NCBI GenBank assembly: GCA_964016885.1
Contig: OZ024753.1
Span: 26,908,001-26,972,000 of the forward strand
Reading direction: 5' to 3'
DNA from: Eledone cirrhosa
Lineage: Eukaryota
DNA length: 64,000 nucleotides
Each line of letters starts with the position of its first letter. The stretch's first letter is position 1. Shown in pieces: positions 29,468 through 42,311 of the stretch. The notes beneath the pieces were generated by a model. It searched no databases. It was not told where the DNA came from and saw only the letters and a program-made list of their open reading frames with translations. The position numbers and the translations under genes are program-made.

Positions 29468-30470
29468 CACATCAATAAAAGAAATAGGATCTAAGAATGA
29501 GAAAATGAAATATTAAAGATATTTGGGGGAATGGCCTTATTACACATTACACAGCTCATAGACAACACAGAAATAAAAAAAACAACATATATATAAAACA
29601 TTAACATACACAAAACTCATTTGCTCTTTGCAAAGTAAGATCTGAACAACTTGTAGAAATTAAAAGAAAAAGATATGGCATATTAAGTTGTATTTATTTT
29701 TCTGCAGCTCTTTCAATCCTGAAAGAAAGGAAGAAGAAAAAAATAACCCTTTCAATAGGTTTGCAATATATGAAATATAGTAATAAGTGAAAAATAGGAT
29801 AAGCTATAATATCTGAATATAGCAAGTTTCGATGGGCGTGAGATAATAGTTAATGTGAAGTATAAGACATCAATATTCTGAAACGACATCAAGAAGAATT
29901 CCTTTCAAGTCATGTCATACAAACTGGCACAGATTAAATGAAGATGTTCAAAGTCATGAAAACACATGTATAGACCTCACACACTCTCTCTCGTTTACTT
30001 ACACACAATCTCTCTCTCTCTTTCACTCACTCTCTCTCATATATCGTTTCATTTTCGTCTAATTCACAAGAATATGAGAATGTACACTATTCAAGCTGGT
30101 GATCTAAAGAAAGCACACACACACAACCAAATAAATAAAGCTTTTAAAAGAAAATTGATGGAAACTAAGCAGCTATATAGCTTACATTGGACAACTAGTC
30201 TGCTTACAAACTGGATTGAATGTAATGTGTACACTTGGGTTTTCTCTATGATTCTTATTGGTTTGAAGAACTCAAATGGTTTTTGAGGCCTGCCATTGAT
30301 TAACATAGGTTTTTACACTTGTTTCTTTATATTTATTATTATTTCCAAAGTTCAGACTGACTGTGTAAATGACTTTATAAACATATATCATACATACCTT
30401 TCTACTTTGTAGTGTGAAAGGCTCACATTTTAAAAGATTGATTGACAAGTTTCTCCATTTAAAGTAATTA

Positions 30471-30642
30471 CAGGTAAAATTTTGTTATAACGAATACCAT
30501 TATAACAAATGTTTCGGTATAACAACATTTTTTTCAATCCCCGGCCACAGTCCGATGTGTTTCGGTTGATCTCGTTATAAAGAATTTTTCGTTACAACAA
30601 ATTTTAATACTCTGTGAATTTCGTTATAACAGAATGTCACTG
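30471..30642. mobile_element. pogo/Tigger-type MITE
   Basis: TA-CAGGTAAAATTTTGTTATAACGAA ... TTCGTTATAACAGAATGTCACTG-TA with repeated gttataac motifs. Confidence 0.7.
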
Positions 30643-30754
30643 TATTATTTATTTGTTATTTCCAAGCCCTAAAATGGTACCTGGCATTCCTAAGGTGTTC
30701 TTAGATCCTCATTGTAAATTCATTGGTCCCGTTTACTGATTGTCAAATCCACTC

Positions 30755-31104
30755 TGTATGCCAATGTGCGTGAATGACCAAGCATCGACGAGTTGAGATA
30801 GAAACTGTGTATAAGAGGGATAGGCTGTGGTGTGCGGGAGAGAAGCCTGAGATGGTATGGACACGTAATGCACATGGAGGATGACTGCTGGGTAAAGAAG
30901 TGCCAAGAAATCCCAGTAGAAGGAAGATGCAGCCGAGGAAGACCACGAAAAGCATGGGCGGAGGTGGTGAGAGCTGACCTCAGATCACTGAAGCTCACGG
31001 AGGAGATGGCAAAGGATCGTGACGAATGGAGAGATGCCTTGCTGAATAGGAGCCATCCCACCCTTGCAAGCAGGGAAAGGCAGACGTAAAATGATGATGA
31101 TGAT
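30755..31104 (+). mobile_element. RTE LINE family C, 3' fragment
   Basis: LRWYGHVMHMEDDCWVKKCQEIPVEGRCSRGRPRKAW...DRDEWR; stop immediately followed by (GAT)n. Confidence 0.9.
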
Positions 31105-31612
31105 ATGTATCCCAATTTTAAAATAAGTACAATGTATCTCTGAGTATCATATGACCCAACTAAAGGGTAGGTGTTTGGAAGAGCACATAACCATAAAACC
31201 CTGCCTCAAAAAGTCCCATCCAACTCATGACAGCATGAAATGGTGGGTGTAAAAACAATGATTCCACCAAGAATTCTGTTGAATTATTTTCATCTCGCAT
31301 TCAACTAAAATAGGTTTTGAATATTTTATGACAGGAAATTGTTCAACTTGAACCAAAATACATCATAAAGTTAGAAAACCTCTCATATCTGATCCTCATC
31401 TTGCAAGACATTGGTAAATCTCTTGTTTTCAGCATCTTTGCTTGCTGAAAACAGGCTCATATCTTATTTCATGGTGAATGTTAGGAACAATTCCAATAGT
31501 AGTTTACTTTCTTCACAAAATCCATCCAAGATACCTTTGAAAGAATTTACAGAACCATTTAAATATTGAAAATTGTGAAGGGGCAAATATGTGTGTGTGT
31601 GTATATATATAT

Positions 31613-31909
31613 ATAATTGAGATAAGCGGAACAAGTAAAATTCAAACAATCTTTCAAAATAAATTAAAAAAATATAATTTAAATATTTACCTATCCATAT
31701 TGCTTTTACCGATGGTTTCGTCTCACAAAAGATTGGAAATCCTAGGGACTTCCAATGGAAAGTTCAGCTCTTCAGAAAGCATTTTCCCTTAAATATTTAA
31801 ATTATATTTTTTGAATTTATTTTGAAAGATTGTTTGAATTTTACTTGTTCCACTTATCTCAATTTTATAGTTCTGGTATGTCAAATTAATACCATTGAAT
31901 AACAACTGT
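31613..31909 (-). mobile_element. Penelope-like pLTR fragment: ~75-bp inverted repeats around a hammerhead
   Basis: 31613-31688 is the reverse complement of 31791-31864 with few mismatches; abuts (TA)n; contains hammerhead 31701-31781. Confidence 0.75.
31701..31781 (-). ncRNA. Type-I hammerhead ribozyme motif (GUA)
   Basis: TGCTTT-CTGAAGA-G..(ATTGGAAGTCC/GGATTTCCAAT hairpin)..C-GAAA-CCATCGG-TA-AAAGCA; 6-bp stem I, 3-bp stem III; base of stem II weak. Confidence 0.75.
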
Positions 31910-31966
31910 ATCATAGACACCCTATATATTTCCGAGGGTACTTAGTACCTGTGGGGATATTGATCT

Positions 31967-32007
<41 letters not shown>

Positions 32008-32729
32008 CATACAAACATTGTAAACTAGATGCGTCAAACTGTGATGATGATTATTATTATATGTATGAGCATGTGTGTTTTAAAGAGAGCACTAATCAGT
32101 ACTTTTAAGGAAAACTTAGGTTACTTTTAGTGAAACCTGACATTGTGACCTACAGTGGAATATATAGTAATGTTTTTTGACATTTCGGCTATCACAGAAA
32201 AGAGGTCACATAAATGATGTAAGAGAGCAGATGTCAATTTTATTTACCCCTAGAAGAATGAAAAGCTAAGTCAACCATAAAAAAAGTTCAAACAGAGCTG
32301 TGAAGCATGAAACTAGATTACATAAATGATTGAGCTTAACAGAACTTTATCCAACTACCTCACCACCGCCCAGCTATCTCTCACTAAATTACATGAAAAC
32401 AAACTCTTTAAACACACCCTTTGTCGGTTGCAATGATCACGAGATATTTGAATCGATAAAGGCTCAACACCAATTTAGATGCTATCACGCACAAACCCTC
32501 CAATTTTAATTTGAATATTAATGACTTAAAGGGAGGAATTAATTTTATTCGAAAGAACGGCTGATGATTGGCCAAATTTAGCTTCATTATTTATAATGAA
32601 ATCAGTTTCCTGAAAGACTGACCTTGTGTGGTGGGGGTAGAGTAGTGTAATAATTGAAAAGGGTAGAAGTTTAGAAAACTATTGCTTTGTTTCATAAGGG
32701 AATTCTATAGCTATTTCAAGAGAGACCCA

Positions 32730-32990
32730 TACACAACATGGCAAAGAAGAAATTGGAGGTGGAAAGGTGAAAGTGAGGAGTAAAATGAAAGAACTACATT
32801 AACTGGAGAGGAATGAATTGAATTAGCATTTGAATGTTGTATTTGAACTTGAAAACTAGACTCAATGCAAATGAGTTGGTAAAGCATCTAAATATTAATG
32901 GCACTGCCTGTTGTAATACAAGACATGGCTATCTTGTGAAAGGAGAGATCGAAAGAAGAAATACCTGAGATAAAGGAGAGTATGAAAGAG
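32730..32990 (+). pseudogene. Possible highly degenerate R4/Dong-like LINE RT remnant
   Basis: LKTRLNANELVKHLNI/MALPVVI resembles the KSKLNxxNxIKAINTWAVPV motif; many stops and frameshifts. Confidence 0.3.
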
Positions 32991-33052
32991 GAAATAGCTG
33001 GGATGAAGGAAAGTACAATGCTCAATACCATTCACAACACTAAACCCTTTAA

Positions 33053-33451
33053 CCATTTAGCATTCTCTCACCTCTTTCGGTTTAAATCAGCCATAACCGG
33101 CCGCTCATACCAATGTTAACCCTTTAGCATTCACATTATTCCATATTTACTATTGTATTTTCACAGTAAAGGCTTTATCTTACATAATTATCTCACATAA
33201 TATCAAATCTATGAGATTTTGATATTTATTTTGAGAAGAATACTTTAATATCAGTATGAGTGGCCGGTTACAGCCAGTTTGAACAGAAAGAGGTCAGAGA
33301 ATTCTGGCCGGATACAGCCAGTTTAAATGCTAAAGGGTTAAGGTATTGTTCTTAAAATAAATACTATCAAAATCATAGATTCGATATGTGCGGTAAAGCC
33401 TTTACCGTGCAAATAAAATAGTAAATATAGAGTAATGTAAATGTTAAAGGG
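33053..33451. mobile_element. piggyBac-type MITE (outer, interrupted)
   Basis: TTAA-flanked; body resumes after the inner copy at ggtattgttcttaaaataa. Confidence 0.85.
33120..33337. mobile_element. piggyBac-type MITE nested in a copy of its own family
   Basis: TTAA at 33116-33119 and 33338-33341; opposite orientation to outer copy. Confidence 0.9.
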
Positions 33452-33865
33452 TTAAGCAAAACATTAATAACAATGCCCCACTTTTCAGCTTTCTGATACT
33501 GGTGTATCAATTGGATATTAATGATGTACGTTTCTCACAGAAAGGTTTCTTCTAAACCTAGTGATTACTTTCTTAAAATACAGCTGTCATAACCAGTATC
33601 AATAATCAATTGTTAATTTTAAATTGACAATGTTAGTTATTTAATATTTAATTTAATTAAAGTTCTTTGACAGTAGGGAAAAAAAAAAATTCAACAAAAT
33701 ATATTTTAATTAATCTTATTTGAATTGTTAACTTATTCAAATTTAATTTATGACGAGGATGATGAATGTGATGATGATAAATGTGATGATGATGGTAATT
33801 TCCTTCGTCAACACCAGGCAATACACAGCTGGTGTATATTCAATTCCTTTTCAAATCTAATGCAG

Positions 33866-34310
33866 TAATAATTATTTTCTAATATTGGTACAAGACCAGC
33901 AATTTGAGGAAAGGGAATAGTCGTTTACATCAACAAGTACTTAATTTTTTAGCATTTAAACTGGCTGTATCAGGCCAGAATTTGTTCACCTCTTTTTGTT
34001 CAAACCGGCCACAACTGTCTGCTCATACTTATGTTAAGGTATTGTTCTCAAAATAAATAATATCAAAATCTCATAGATTCAATATTATGTAAGATAATTA
34101 TCTGAGATAAAGCCTTTTCTGTGAAAATACAATTGTAAATATAGAGTAATGTAAATGCTAAAGGGTTAATTTTATTGACCCTGAAAAGATGAAAGGAAAA
34201 GTTGACTGTGGAAGAAATTTGAACTCAGTATGTAAAGGTCCATAGTTAAATGTTGCATAATATTTTGTCCAACACTGTAATGATTCTCTGCTAATTCACT
34301 GCTCTCAATG
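33866..34310 (-). mobile_element. Old SINE-B split by a MITE
   Basis: Tail at 33870-33940 and head/core at 34170-34310 join across TTAA. Confidence 0.65.
33945..34165. mobile_element. piggyBac-type MITE
   Basis: TTAA at 33941 and 34166; left TIR mutated. Confidence 0.85.
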
Positions 34311-35155
34311 CAGTAATAATTCTTTCTACTTTAAGCACAAGGCCAGTAATTTGATAATAATTAAAATGATAATAACAAAAATAATTTTACATCTATTTTT
34401 CCATGTTGGTATGGGTTGGACAGGTTGTTACAGACCAAGCTAGTATTTAATTGAAGCTACTGTCCTCCACGTGTCAATACATTTTGTTATGGCATGGTTT
34501 CTACAGTTGGATGCCCTTCCTAATGCTGACCACTTCATAGAATGTATTGGTTGCATTTTATTGTGGCAAGATTGTCAGATATTTGACGTGATTGAAGAAT
34601 CCTCTTTACCCTGTTTTTCTACAGCTGGGCACTGTTCCTAATGCTAACCATTTTACAGAGTGTACTGGACGCATTTTATTATGATACCAACACTAGGAAG
34701 ATTGTCATGACTTAAGAAACTTTTCTATTGCTTTTTTTCACATGGTTTATACAATTAGATACCTGGAGAGGCATGGGCTATGTTGGGCTTAAAATGCCCA
34801 AGAATTGCCATATTAAAGTTCCTAAAAGCAGAGGTCAAAGGTAACTCAAGATGGGGAGGGGTGTATCCACAGTGTCACAGTGCCTTTGACGCCAGGAAAT
34901 ACAGCACACACACATCAAAATTATACAAATTAAAAACATATGTACATATGATTATATATAATTCCAAATTTTAAATTGCAAAAAAAAAAAAAAAAAGAAA
35001 CAACCAAACAAAAACAAACTATTATTCTTTTCAAACCAGCCTTGAAAAAATATAATTATAATCTAAGACATATTTCAATTTAAGAATTTACTTTGCCTAT
35101 ATAAAAGCCGTTTTGTGATTATATGCATGCACACAAGAATGTAGTGTGGAGTTGG

Positions 35156-35212
<57 letters not shown>

Positions 35213-35215
<3 letters not shown>

Positions 35216-35392
35216 AGGAGCTTCCAACAGCAATGGTTGCATTCTTTAAGGGTATGTCAATATTTATTTATAAAACTGATCTATATTATATTTTATCTGA
35301 CGAAAGCACACCATAATTTAACTTGATGTCCTTGAAATATGTATAATGAAATAAATATGGTTTTATAAATATAGTTTCCATTTGTTAATATC
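35213..35392 (+). mobile_element. Short (TA)n-flanked PLE-type insert carrying a hammerhead
   Basis: Homologous to the reverse complement of 48055-48225; both start TATATCCAG. Confidence 0.7.
35289..35353 (+). ncRNA. Type-I hammerhead ribozyme motif (AUA)
   Basis: TATTTTAT-CTGACGA-AAGCACA..TGTCCTT-GAAA-TATGTA-TA-ATGAAATA. Confidence 0.72.
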
Positions 35393-35510
35393 GTATATAT
35401 ATATATATATATATACTTTGACACACAAACTTACAATCCTATTGACATGTAATTAGAAGTAAATGAGCAGGTAACATGAAAAACAAATCATGGATACACA
35501 CTCCACACAC

Positions 35511-35627
35511 TCTTTCTCTCTTATACATACCCCCATCTCTTTCACTCTTATACATACCCCCATCTCTTTCCCTTTTACACATACCCTCATCTCTTTCTCT
35601 CTTATACATACCCTCATTTCTTTCTCT
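35511..35627. repeat. 27-bp minisatellite x4.3
   Basis: tctttctctcttatacatacccccatc. Confidence 0.9.
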
Positions 35628-35983
35628 AGAAACAAATCAGAAATATACATTCTTGCTTCACAAAGAGTATGAGAGAAAAGTTATTATAACAGATTAAAAC
35701 CATTTTCTTATATTTCAAAGGAAGTCCAATGTATATGTTTCATTTAAATTTGAAAATAATTAAGAATTTGGAAGGATTTAATAAAATAAATAACATTTTT
35801 ATAAGATAAATTAAATTTCGTTTGTGTAGATCAAATCAATGAATAATACAGTCAGCACATGTAGAGGATTATGTAATTGTACAGAAACATATGTTAAACG
35901 TTAAACACTCAAAAAATTTCTCCTGACTACTTCTTCCTGTTATACTTATACTTATAACATTTTTACATTAAGCTGTTGTTTAA

Positions 35984-36168
35984 CCCTTTAGCATTTACAT
36001 TACTCTATATATACTATTATATTTTCACGGTAAAGGCTTTACTTTACATAATTATCTCACATAATATCGAATCTATGTGATTTTGTATGAGTGGCCGGTT
36101 ATAGCTGGTTTCGACAGAAAGGGGTGAGAGAATTCTGGCTGGATATGGCTTGTTTAAATGCTAAAGGG
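35984..36168. mobile_element. piggyBac-type MITE with internal deletion
   Basis: TTAA TSD and both TIRs. Confidence 0.9.
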
Positions 36169-36707
36169 TTAAAACAGGCTACTTTCAATCACAGAATCAG
36201 TTTCAGGCAGTTTGGTATCAACAATGTTAAATATTGTGGTTCAGGCAATGCTTGAGCATTTTGCATAAGTTTTTTTTTTGTTTCATCATCATCATTCTTT
36301 TAGTTTTTTTTCCCCTAATGAAAAGAAAATGCTGCAGCAACCAAACAAAATATATATAAAATGAAAAGAAGAACAAAAATACATAATAAAAGTTGAGTGT
36401 ACTAGAATCCTAAAAACAAAATAAGACACACTGGTTTTAAGTGTACTTATTTCAAAGACAGATATACGATCTCATTTTAAATTTCTACATTAATTCCGAA
36501 GAATTGTTGAAATACACTGCTACCTTCTCAAATTTGTTGATTTGCTTTCCTAAATTTACATTTATTTCAAATACTGAAATATTTTATTGCACTTATGTTG
36601 AGAAAATTTATAAAAACCTCTTCAACTAAATTAATGCCAAAATTTTAACAGCTTTCCCTAACCCACATAAAGTCTTAAAAATCAACAAGAGAAAAATAAA
36701 ATTTGAA

Positions 36708-36785
<78 letters not shown>

Positions 36786-36954
36786 TAAGCTGGCTTGCAG
36801 CTCTTATTACTTATTAAACTAACAACCAGTCTGTTTGTTTTTATTATGATGGCATCCCTCCTTTTGTAAATAAGACAATATTTGAATCCCTCAGCTGAGT
36901 CTCTCACCATTTTATTTAAACCTAGAAGAGCATATTTTACTATAAGCTCAGGTT

Positions 36955-37173
36955 AAAAAAAAAACTTATGTAAAATGCTCAAGCATTGCCTGAACCACAA
37001 TATTTAACCTTGTTGATACCAAACTGCCTGAAACTGATTCTGTGATAGAAAGTAGCCTGTTTTAACCCTTTAGCATTTAAACAAGCCATATCCAGCCAGA
37101 ATTCTCTCACCCCTTTCTGTCGAAACCAGCTGTAACCGGCCACTCATACAAAATCACATAGATTCGATATTAT
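36955..37173 (-). repeat. Inverted duplicate of 36061-36279
   Basis: About 219 bp, ~4 mismatches by eye; includes half the MITE plus ~110 bp of flank. Confidence 0.9.
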
Positions 37174-37328
37174 AATGCCTTGTGCGAATTTGGTACATGG
37201 AAACTATGCAGAAACCTGTCGCATGTGTGTATGTATGCATATATATATATTAAAATAACAGATTAAAGTTTAAGCAAAGAATCGCTGTTTTCACCCTTAG
37301 CGGGATCTTCGAATTTTAGTCTCCACAT

Positions 37329-37359
<31 letters not shown>

Positions 37360-37566
37360 TATCATCATCACCACCATTTGACATCCACTTTTCCAGGCTT
37401 GTATGGGTTAGACAGGCCGTTCACATTATGAGGGAAGCCTGACCAGGTGGCCGTGCTGTAACTTGCTTAAATGGAACTGTATTTTGGCAGGGATTTTTAC
37501 AGCTGGATGCCCTTCCTAACACCAACCACATTTATAGTGTGGATATATATATATATATACATATAT

Positions 37567-38998
37567 ATATGGTGGGCTCTTAGAAAACTAGGAGTAGATG
37601 AATGGCTTGTGAAAGCGGTACAAGCCATGTATAGGGGAGCAGTCGGCAAAGGATTAGCAATGAGTATAGCGAGGAATTTAGCGTACAGGTTGGGGTCCAC
37701 CAGGGCTCTGTTCTTAGCCCCCTCCTGTTCATCAGGGTCCTGCAGGCAATAACGGAGGAGTTTAAGACCGGATGCCCATGCTTATAGCTGAATCTATGGT
37801 AGAACTAGAGAAGAAATTCCAAACTTGGAAGCAGGGACTAGAAAGAAAGGGTCTCAAAGTCAACATGACAAAGACTAAGGTCCTTGTAAGTAGACGAGGA
37901 AACAGAACCCAGATCCCCTCAGGGAAATGGCCTTGCTCAGTATGTAGGAAAGGTGTAGGTAGGAACTCCATTCTCTGCCCCAAATGCAAACAATGGGTAC
38001 ACAAGAGATGTAGCGGGATCTCAGGAAGCTTAATTAAGAATGTAGGCTTCACATGCAGCAGCTGTGCTGGGACAGCAAGCAGCAAACAGCCACAGGAAAC
38101 AAGTACCACCAATCTCTGGGGGGGCTCTGTAGAAACAGTAGACAGCTTCTGCTACCAAGGTGACCGAATTAGCAGCGGAGGTGGGTGTTCAGAAAGTACA
38201 ATAACAAGGGTAAGAACGGGATGGAAGAAGTTTAGGGAACTACTACCACTGCTAGCTACAAAAGGCTTCTCCCTCAAAATGAAAGGCAGACTGTATGATG
38301 CGTGTATCCGAACAGCGATGTTGCATGGTAGTGAGACCTGGGCGCTGAAGGTGGAAGACTTATGTAGATTAGAGAGAAACGAAGCCTGCATGCTCCGATG
38401 GATGTGTAACAGTAATATACGCGAACGACAAAGCATAAATGAATTGAGAGAGAGACTGAGCATAAGAGGAATCAAATGCTGTGTGCAGGAGAGGCGGTTG
38501 CGCTGGTATGGACATGTGATGCGTATGAAGGATGACAGCTGCATAAAAAGGTGCAGAGCACTAGAAGTTGATGGAAACCGCGGAGTGGGGAGACCCAAGA
38601 TGACCTGGGATGAGGTGATAAAAGCCGACCTTACCCAATTACACCTGGCGTCACGCAGTAATACAGAGTACCCGACCTCCCATGGGTACAAGCTGAAGCA
38701 TATAGACAATATGCCCCCACACCCCCCACCGCATGGTGGTCGTGGAGGTGCCACGGCAAAAAAGCACCCAGCCCACACTGTAAAGTGGACGTGTAGGCGC
38801 CACGAAAAAGCACCCAGCACTCACTGTAAATGAGGTTGGTGTTAGGAAGGGCATCCAGCTGTAGAAATCAAGCCAAATCAGTTCCTGTATGAGCAAGGCA
38901 TGGTCAGCTGACCAGACACTGCCCACAACAGGACAACCTGTCTAACCCATGCTAGCGTGGAAGAACGGACATAAAATGGTGATGATGATGATGATGAT
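37567..38998 (+). mobile_element. RTE LINE family A, 5'-truncated, inactive
   Basis: IWWALRKLGVDEW..., ORF 37772-38833 with RT domains, PHD-type finger and RRLRWYGHV; the segment encoding YADD is deleted after GCP; 3'UTR with subrepeats and (GAT)n. Confidence 0.93.
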
Positions 38999-39031
38999 AT
39001 ATATATGTATATAGATATATGTATATATATG

Positions 39032-39080
<49 letters not shown>

Positions 39081-40433
39081 GTGTGTATGTGTGTGTGTGT
39101 GTGTGTATAAATAAAATATCAGGCCATATGCCTTAGCCCAAATCTCTAAATTTATACCAATATTAGAAATCTTTATTTGAACAATGTAATTTTTTTTGTT
39201 AAGTGAACATAAGTGAAAATATTTAATTGATATGAAAACAAAAAAAAGAATTTAGAAAACAAAAAACAGTTTTTGTTTGTGTTATTCATATCAACCCATA
39301 GTAAAGTAAAGTATATGTTTTGATTTGACCAAGTTAATGGATAGCATACAACTGACTTAAATTTACGAGAAATACTTTTATATCACTATATGACAAACTG
39401 CAGACAGAAGGTTTCTATCTATCTTTTTATATGTATATTTATATATATATATATATATTTATTTATATTTATATATATATTTATTTGTATATTTATTTGT
39501 TTTGTCATGTTCTTTTCTTTTAAAACTACACATCTTGACAACAGGCCAGTGTATATGTAAGTTGTACTACAACTAACCACACAAGAGAACTGGCACAGCT
39601 GTCTGTCGCCCCCCCCCCCCCATTCTATTTAAAAGGCAATTACAAGTTTGTAGACTAGAATGAAACAAAAGTGAAAAATGGATTACCAATACACATATCA
39701 ATTTGATGAATAAATTTCTCATATGACAGATATTATCTAAAACCTTAAAACAACCTGCAGTCCCACACATACATACATAGACACACATACATACATACAC
39801 ATAGACACACACATACATACACACATATACATAGACAGACATACACACACATACATTAATACATGCATACATACATTAACACACACACATATATACATAC
39901 ATATTCACACACGCACACACATACATACATACAAACACACACACATACATACAAACACATACATATATAGACCGAGAAGTAGAAATTCTATTATCAAATA
40001 TTCGTTAATGAACAGTACAAGGGTAAAATGTGAAGAAGGAAAAAAAAAGGATTAAAATTTATAATAAAAAAATAGTAAAAAAAAAAAAATCTAGAAGCAA
40101 TTAAATAAATTGAGGTGGAAGGAAAAATTTAACAAAATGGCGTAAGACGGTAGGGGGTGGGGGCAGTAAAGAAGAAAATATATTAAAAAAATATGTGCAA
40201 AAAAAGGGGGTAAACATTTTGGAAGTTGGTTGAAATTAGTCAAGTGAAGAGGGGGGGGGGGGGAGACAGAGAATATGATACACCTGCAAAACGAACAGAA
40301 CCATATATACTGTTATTGTGTGTATGTGTGTGAGTGTGTGTATATGTGTGTGTATGAGTGTGTGTGTGTGTATGTGTATGAATGAGTGTGTATGTGTATA
40401 TGTGTGTGAATGTGTGTGTGTGTGTGTGTGTAT

Positions 40434-40760
40434 GCAAAACTAGAAGTCTATACTGTTACTGTGTATATGTGAATGAGTGTGTGTGTGTTTGTGTATGTGA
40501 ATGAGTGTGTGTGTTTGTGTATGTGAATGAGTGTGTATGTGTATGTGTGTGCAGAACTGGAAGACTATATTGTCTTACTATGTGTATATGAATGAGTGTG
40601 TATGTATATGTGTGCGTGCGTGTCTGTAAATGAGTGTGTGTGTATGTGTGTGTGTGTGTGTGTCTGTATGTGAGTGTGTGAATGAGTGTGTATGTATGTG
40701 CGCATAAAACTAGAAGACTATACTGTTACTATGTGTATGTGAATAACTGTGTGTATGTGT
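40434..40760. repeat. Compound GT-rich repeat with recurring anchor
   Basis: Anchor aactagaagactatactgttact at ~40438, ~40555 and ~40708 separated by (GT)n/gaatga. Confidence 0.75.
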
Positions 40761-41608
40761 GTGTGTGAATGAATGTATATGTTCTGGTGTTTAATCCACA
40801 ACACTAGCCAAAGTAGTTTGCTGGGGCTGATGTGAACAACAAGAGTAGGTGGGCAGGGAAGGGACAGAGAGCAAGAGGAGGCGGGGACCCTCTATTTAAA
40901 GAGATCACACCTGCAGAGACTGGAGTATTATTTCCATGGATGATAACAGGCACATAGGTCTATAAAAGTCAGTGAGATTTCTAAAGACTGCATAAGTAAC
41001 AGTCCTTCGAATAAAAGATATCCCTCCACACACACACACACACTCTTGTACGCAAGCAAACATACATACACAGAGTCTATTTATATATCTCACATAACAT
41101 GAGCCGGAAGATTTATATTAATAATTCATTAGATCAAAAAGAATAAATAAAATGAAAAGTTAATTTGAGAAGAAAGAAAAAGGAAAATGTTTGTAGAAAA
41201 AAAAGACATAATACTACAGATGTATAGAATAATAGAATTAAGGAACATTAGATATGTATGTATACATATATATGTATGTATACACACACATAATAAATAT
41301 AACCCAAGGAAAGTTATATAGGGAGGTGGTATTCATTGAGCTTGTTGCAATGATTACCATAATAATTCCAGCCGACAATGAGTATCTTTCTACCCCATTA
41401 CTGTCATAAATACCTGAACACTGCCAACAAGTCCAACACCTCAACCTTCCATAAGAAGTTATTGATACAGAAGAAAAAAAAAAAAAAGATGCTATGACTA
41501 TAGAGCTAGATTTTTGACCAAGTCTTATTTACTTGTGTTCCAGTCGTGGGACTGAGGCCATGCTGGGACACTGCCACTGTGCTAGAGCACAAACACTGGA
41601 AAAATGTT

Positions 41609-41679
41609 TGCATAGGCTAGGAATCAAATCCGGGCCACCCGCATGGTAGGCTAGCATTCTACCACTGAACCACCAATGC
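41609..41679 (-). pseudogene. tRNA-Gly pseudogene (GCC-derived, anticodon reads ACC)
   Basis: GCATTGGTGGTTCAGTGGTAGAATGCTAGCCTACCATGCGGGTGGCCCGGATTTGATTCCTAGCCTATGCA is colinear with metazoan tRNA-Gly(GCC); T-loop (TTC to TTT) and stems mutated. Confidence 0.85.
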
Positions 41680-42131
41680 AAACACAACTAGATTTTGACC
41701 AAGTATACAGTCAATCCTTCTACCCTATTACTGCCATAAATATCTGAACTACTACTTTCCATAAAAAGTTACTGATACTTTGAGCAAAACATTACAATGT
41801 AGAGCAGCTCTGAGAAAAAAATTTAAAAAGTAGATCATATTATGTCCATTTTCCATGATGGGTTGTCAGAGTCTGAGATTACACAAGTTGGGGAACCATT
41901 ACCATATCATCATCCTCATTTTTATGTCTGTTTTCCATGCTGGCATGGGTTGGACAGGTTGTCATGGTCCAAAACTAGATAAGTTGGAGAAATGACATCT
42001 TGTTAATATGCTCCATATTTTTATGTTTTAAAAACATTTCTTTTTCCAAAGAAAGGATTTGCTCAAAATGTCAGCACCTCTATCTCCCTATTAGTAGACC
42101 TCCTATATTTTGGGGACCCCTAAAGAATTAA

Positions 42132-42311
42132 CCATTTAGCATTTAAACCAGCCATCTCCAGCCAGAATTCTCTCACCTCTTTCTGTTCAAACCAGTCGTA
42201 ACTGGCCACTCATATCAATGTTAAGGTATTGTTCTCAAAATAAATAATATCAAAATCTCATTTACCATGAAAATACAATAGTAAATATCAAGTAATGTAA
42301 ATGCTAAAGGG
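42132..42311. mobile_element. piggyBac-type MITE inside an older hAT-like remnant
   Basis: TTAA TSD; downstream remnant ends tagatctgccactg (hAT-type TIR, ~42407). Confidence 0.8.

Noticed and set aside
32556-32625. CTGATGA...GAAA hammerhead candidate
   Set aside because: No stem I or consistent stem II/III pairing.
38152-38820. 222-aa minus-strand ORF (and similar ORFs at 46791, 53689, 54131, 60864)
   Set aside because: Antisense shadows of the RTE ORF2 with no recognisable domain.
37772-38833. Intact 353-aa gene
   Set aside because: LINE fragment lacking the YADD segment; its C-terminus is read-through into the 3'UTR after a deletion.
41609-41679. Functional tRNA-Gly(ACC)
   Set aside because: T-loop/B-box and stem mutations; the ACC anticodon is most simply decay from GCC.
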